A DNA stretch of 64,000 nt. Source: a virus. This document shows positions 62,602 to 64,000 of this stretch, one piece after another. The first letter of the stretch is position 1; each line of letters starts with the position of its first letter. The stretch is taken from positions 47,956 to 111,955 of the IMG/VR virus record IMGVR_UViG_3300045988_175607. The stretch is one strand, 5' to 3'. Below the pieces are notes generated by a model that ran no database searches, was not told the DNA's origin, and saw nothing but the letters and a program-made list of their open reading frames with translations. The position numbers were made by a program, and so were the translations under genes.

Positions 62602-63678
62602 TTATTTCTCCTTTTGTTTTTTCTTTTTACTTTTAGCATTGCGGCATTTTTTACATATACTGTAATAGCCATCTTTGCTAGTTTTATTTTTAGAAAAATA
62701 TTTATTATGAGCTAATTTAATTTGTCCACAGCAACTGCATCTTTTATATTTTCCTTTTTCAATATTAAGATAATACCAATCCAAATATTGATCTTCGGCG
62801 GCACTTGCTATTAATTTAGGAATTTTATTACGCCAAAGACTCGATAAATATTCAAGGCTATGAGTAATACCAAATTCTGTCTGTAATAAATTTTGTATTT
62901 CAACATTTTGCCGACCATCTATTTTATATAACACTAATTTTTGATAAATGGGATAGGGTGCAAGCGCAATGGTGGAAATTTTATCAAAATCTTCCATAAG
63001 ATAATATAAATCTCCAATAAATTCACTATAACCATCTTGTTTTAATTTGGAATATAAACATAAAATTGTCGAACAAATGTTTGGATCCAAAAGAGAGAGA
63101 CCTAAAGGAATTGGATATCCTTCTTCATCAAAATTGCAAGTCTTATCATCATAAGTAAGTTTATAGATGCCGCGGGAATGCGCAGTCGAGCTTGCTTGAA
63201 TAGGCTATCGGAAAGAATCTTTAACAAGATATTGATCTTTTCGCAATTCAATAATTGTTTTTCGTGTAATAAAAGCTTCGCGGCCTTGCGCGGTTTTTGC
63301 TTTTTCTTCCCAAAATTCAATGGAATTTCTTATTTGTTGTAATTCAGGTATTTCTTCTAAATCTTTTTTTGTTATTTTTACTTTTGGTTTGAATATTTGA
63401 TTTTTATTTTCATGGATTAAATTATAGATTCCATCTTCGCCACTTTCTAGTTGTGATACAAGGCCTTCAAAAGAAGTTTCACGTTTATTAACTGTGGCTA
63501 AGCGGTTTTCAGTTAATATTTTGCGCTCACGGCGCTCTTGACGTTCCATGCACATAACTAGATAATCAGTTAAAATTTCTATGTATTTTTGTGGAGGGTT
63601 AGGCTATTCAGCCAAAATTTGTTCCACTAATTGTACTCTTTCTTTTGGAGTTTCTAAAGAATAATCTAATTTTATCAA
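62602..63678 (-). CDS. Zinc-finger protein (about 358 codons, at least 2 in-frame TAG), possible regulator/replication-associated
   Basis: Track ORFs 63205..63555 and 62602..63090 share a frame and are joined by TAG 63205; C-terminal CSCCGQ...CKKCRNAK; probable TTG start near 63678 after SD AAAGGAGG; TAA 62602. Confidence 0.45.
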
Positions 63679-63699
63679 AGGCTTTTTAGAACCTCCTTT

Positions 63700-63887
63700 A
63701 TTTTTGAAGCGTAGCTAGCTCCAATTCTTATTTTATTATAGCATGAAAAAAGCGCAATGTCAAGTTTTTTGAGAAAAAATTGATAAAATTTTAAAAATAA
63801 TATATAATTTATATATAAAAAATAAGAAAGGAAATGCGCTTTTTAAAAAGCGCAGCTTTTTAAAAAATGAGAAAACCTCGTGGAATT
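63700..63887. promoter_or_regulatory. Divergent intergenic control region with paired GC-clamped TTTTTAAAAA palindromes
   Basis: AT-rich; GCGCTTTTTAAAAAGCGC (63837-63853) and GCTTTTTAAAAAAT (63855-63868) lie 20-50 bp upstream of the + strand ATG at 63888; the minus-strand SD AAAGGAGG sits at its other edge. Confidence 0.4.
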
Positions 63888-64000
63888 TTGGGCAGTTATG
63901 CTGCAAATATGAAAAGAAAAGCTACTATAACAGCGACTACTAGAGTGTATGAATTTATATTTAATGAGAAGCCAAAGAGGGGTCGGCCTAAGAAGAAGAA
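63888..64000 (+). CDS. Early-region gene, 5' part (basic N-terminus MRKPRGILGSYAANMKRKATITATTRVYEF..., continues beyond the window)
   Basis: Only substantial + strand coding start in the window; no in-frame stop to the window end; a partial GAGAAAA purine run precedes the ATG. Confidence 0.4.
   Translation, partial: MGSYAANMKRKATITATTRVYEFIFNEKPKRGRPKKK

Noticed and set aside
1-64000. Treating every TAG-interrupted ORF as a pseudogene or fragmented, degraded genome
   Set aside because: Interruptions are almost exclusively TAG, downstream fragments are almost always in the same frame, and genuine ends use TAA/TGA with RBS or terminators. Systematic recoding explains this; random decay would give mixed stop types and frameshifts.
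1-64000. CRISPR arrays, tRNA genes, integrase/transposase, diversity-generating retroelement
   Set aside because: No spaced direct repeats, no cloverleaf-sized structured non-coding stretches (intergenic gaps are under 200 nt and occupied by hairpins or promoters), and no reverse-transcriptase or recombinase-like ORF was recognised. The fibre-module repeats are protein-coding paralogues, not a TR/VR pair with an RT.

Overview
AT-rich (about 30% GC) 64-kb segment of a large tailed-phage genome. Almost everything is on the minus strand: the late/structural module runs from high to low coordinates, and a single early + strand gene begins at 63888 behind a divergent control region.

Key observation: almost every break between consecutive same-frame ORFs in the six-frame track is an in-frame TAG, whereas true gene ends use TAA or TGA, usually followed by a Shine-Dalgarno sequence and ATG/TTG/GTG, and often a hairpin terminator. 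The phage therefore appears to read TAG as a sense codon (amber recoding, most likely Gln as in genetic code 15). Merging the ORF fragments across TAG gives these coherent genes, in transcription order (descending coordinates):
- Zn-finger proteins
- HNH/NUMOD4 homing endonuclease
- putative small terminase
- large terminase
- small DUF559-like endonuclease
- portal
- protease/scaffold-like head gene
- TAG-free capsid-associated gene and major capsid gene
- head-tail joining genes
- TAG-free major tail protein
- chaperone-like genes joined by a cluster of five TAG codons
- tape-measure gene of about 3195 codons
- a series of giant (1100-2500 codon) tail/baseplate/fibre genes carrying repeated carbohydrate-binding-like modules
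- two TAG-free tail-fibre genes

No tRNA, rRNA, CRISPR array, integrase or transposase was recognised, and no suppressor tRNA lies in the window. Coordinates of merged genes are approximate (a few nt) because they were derived by hand.
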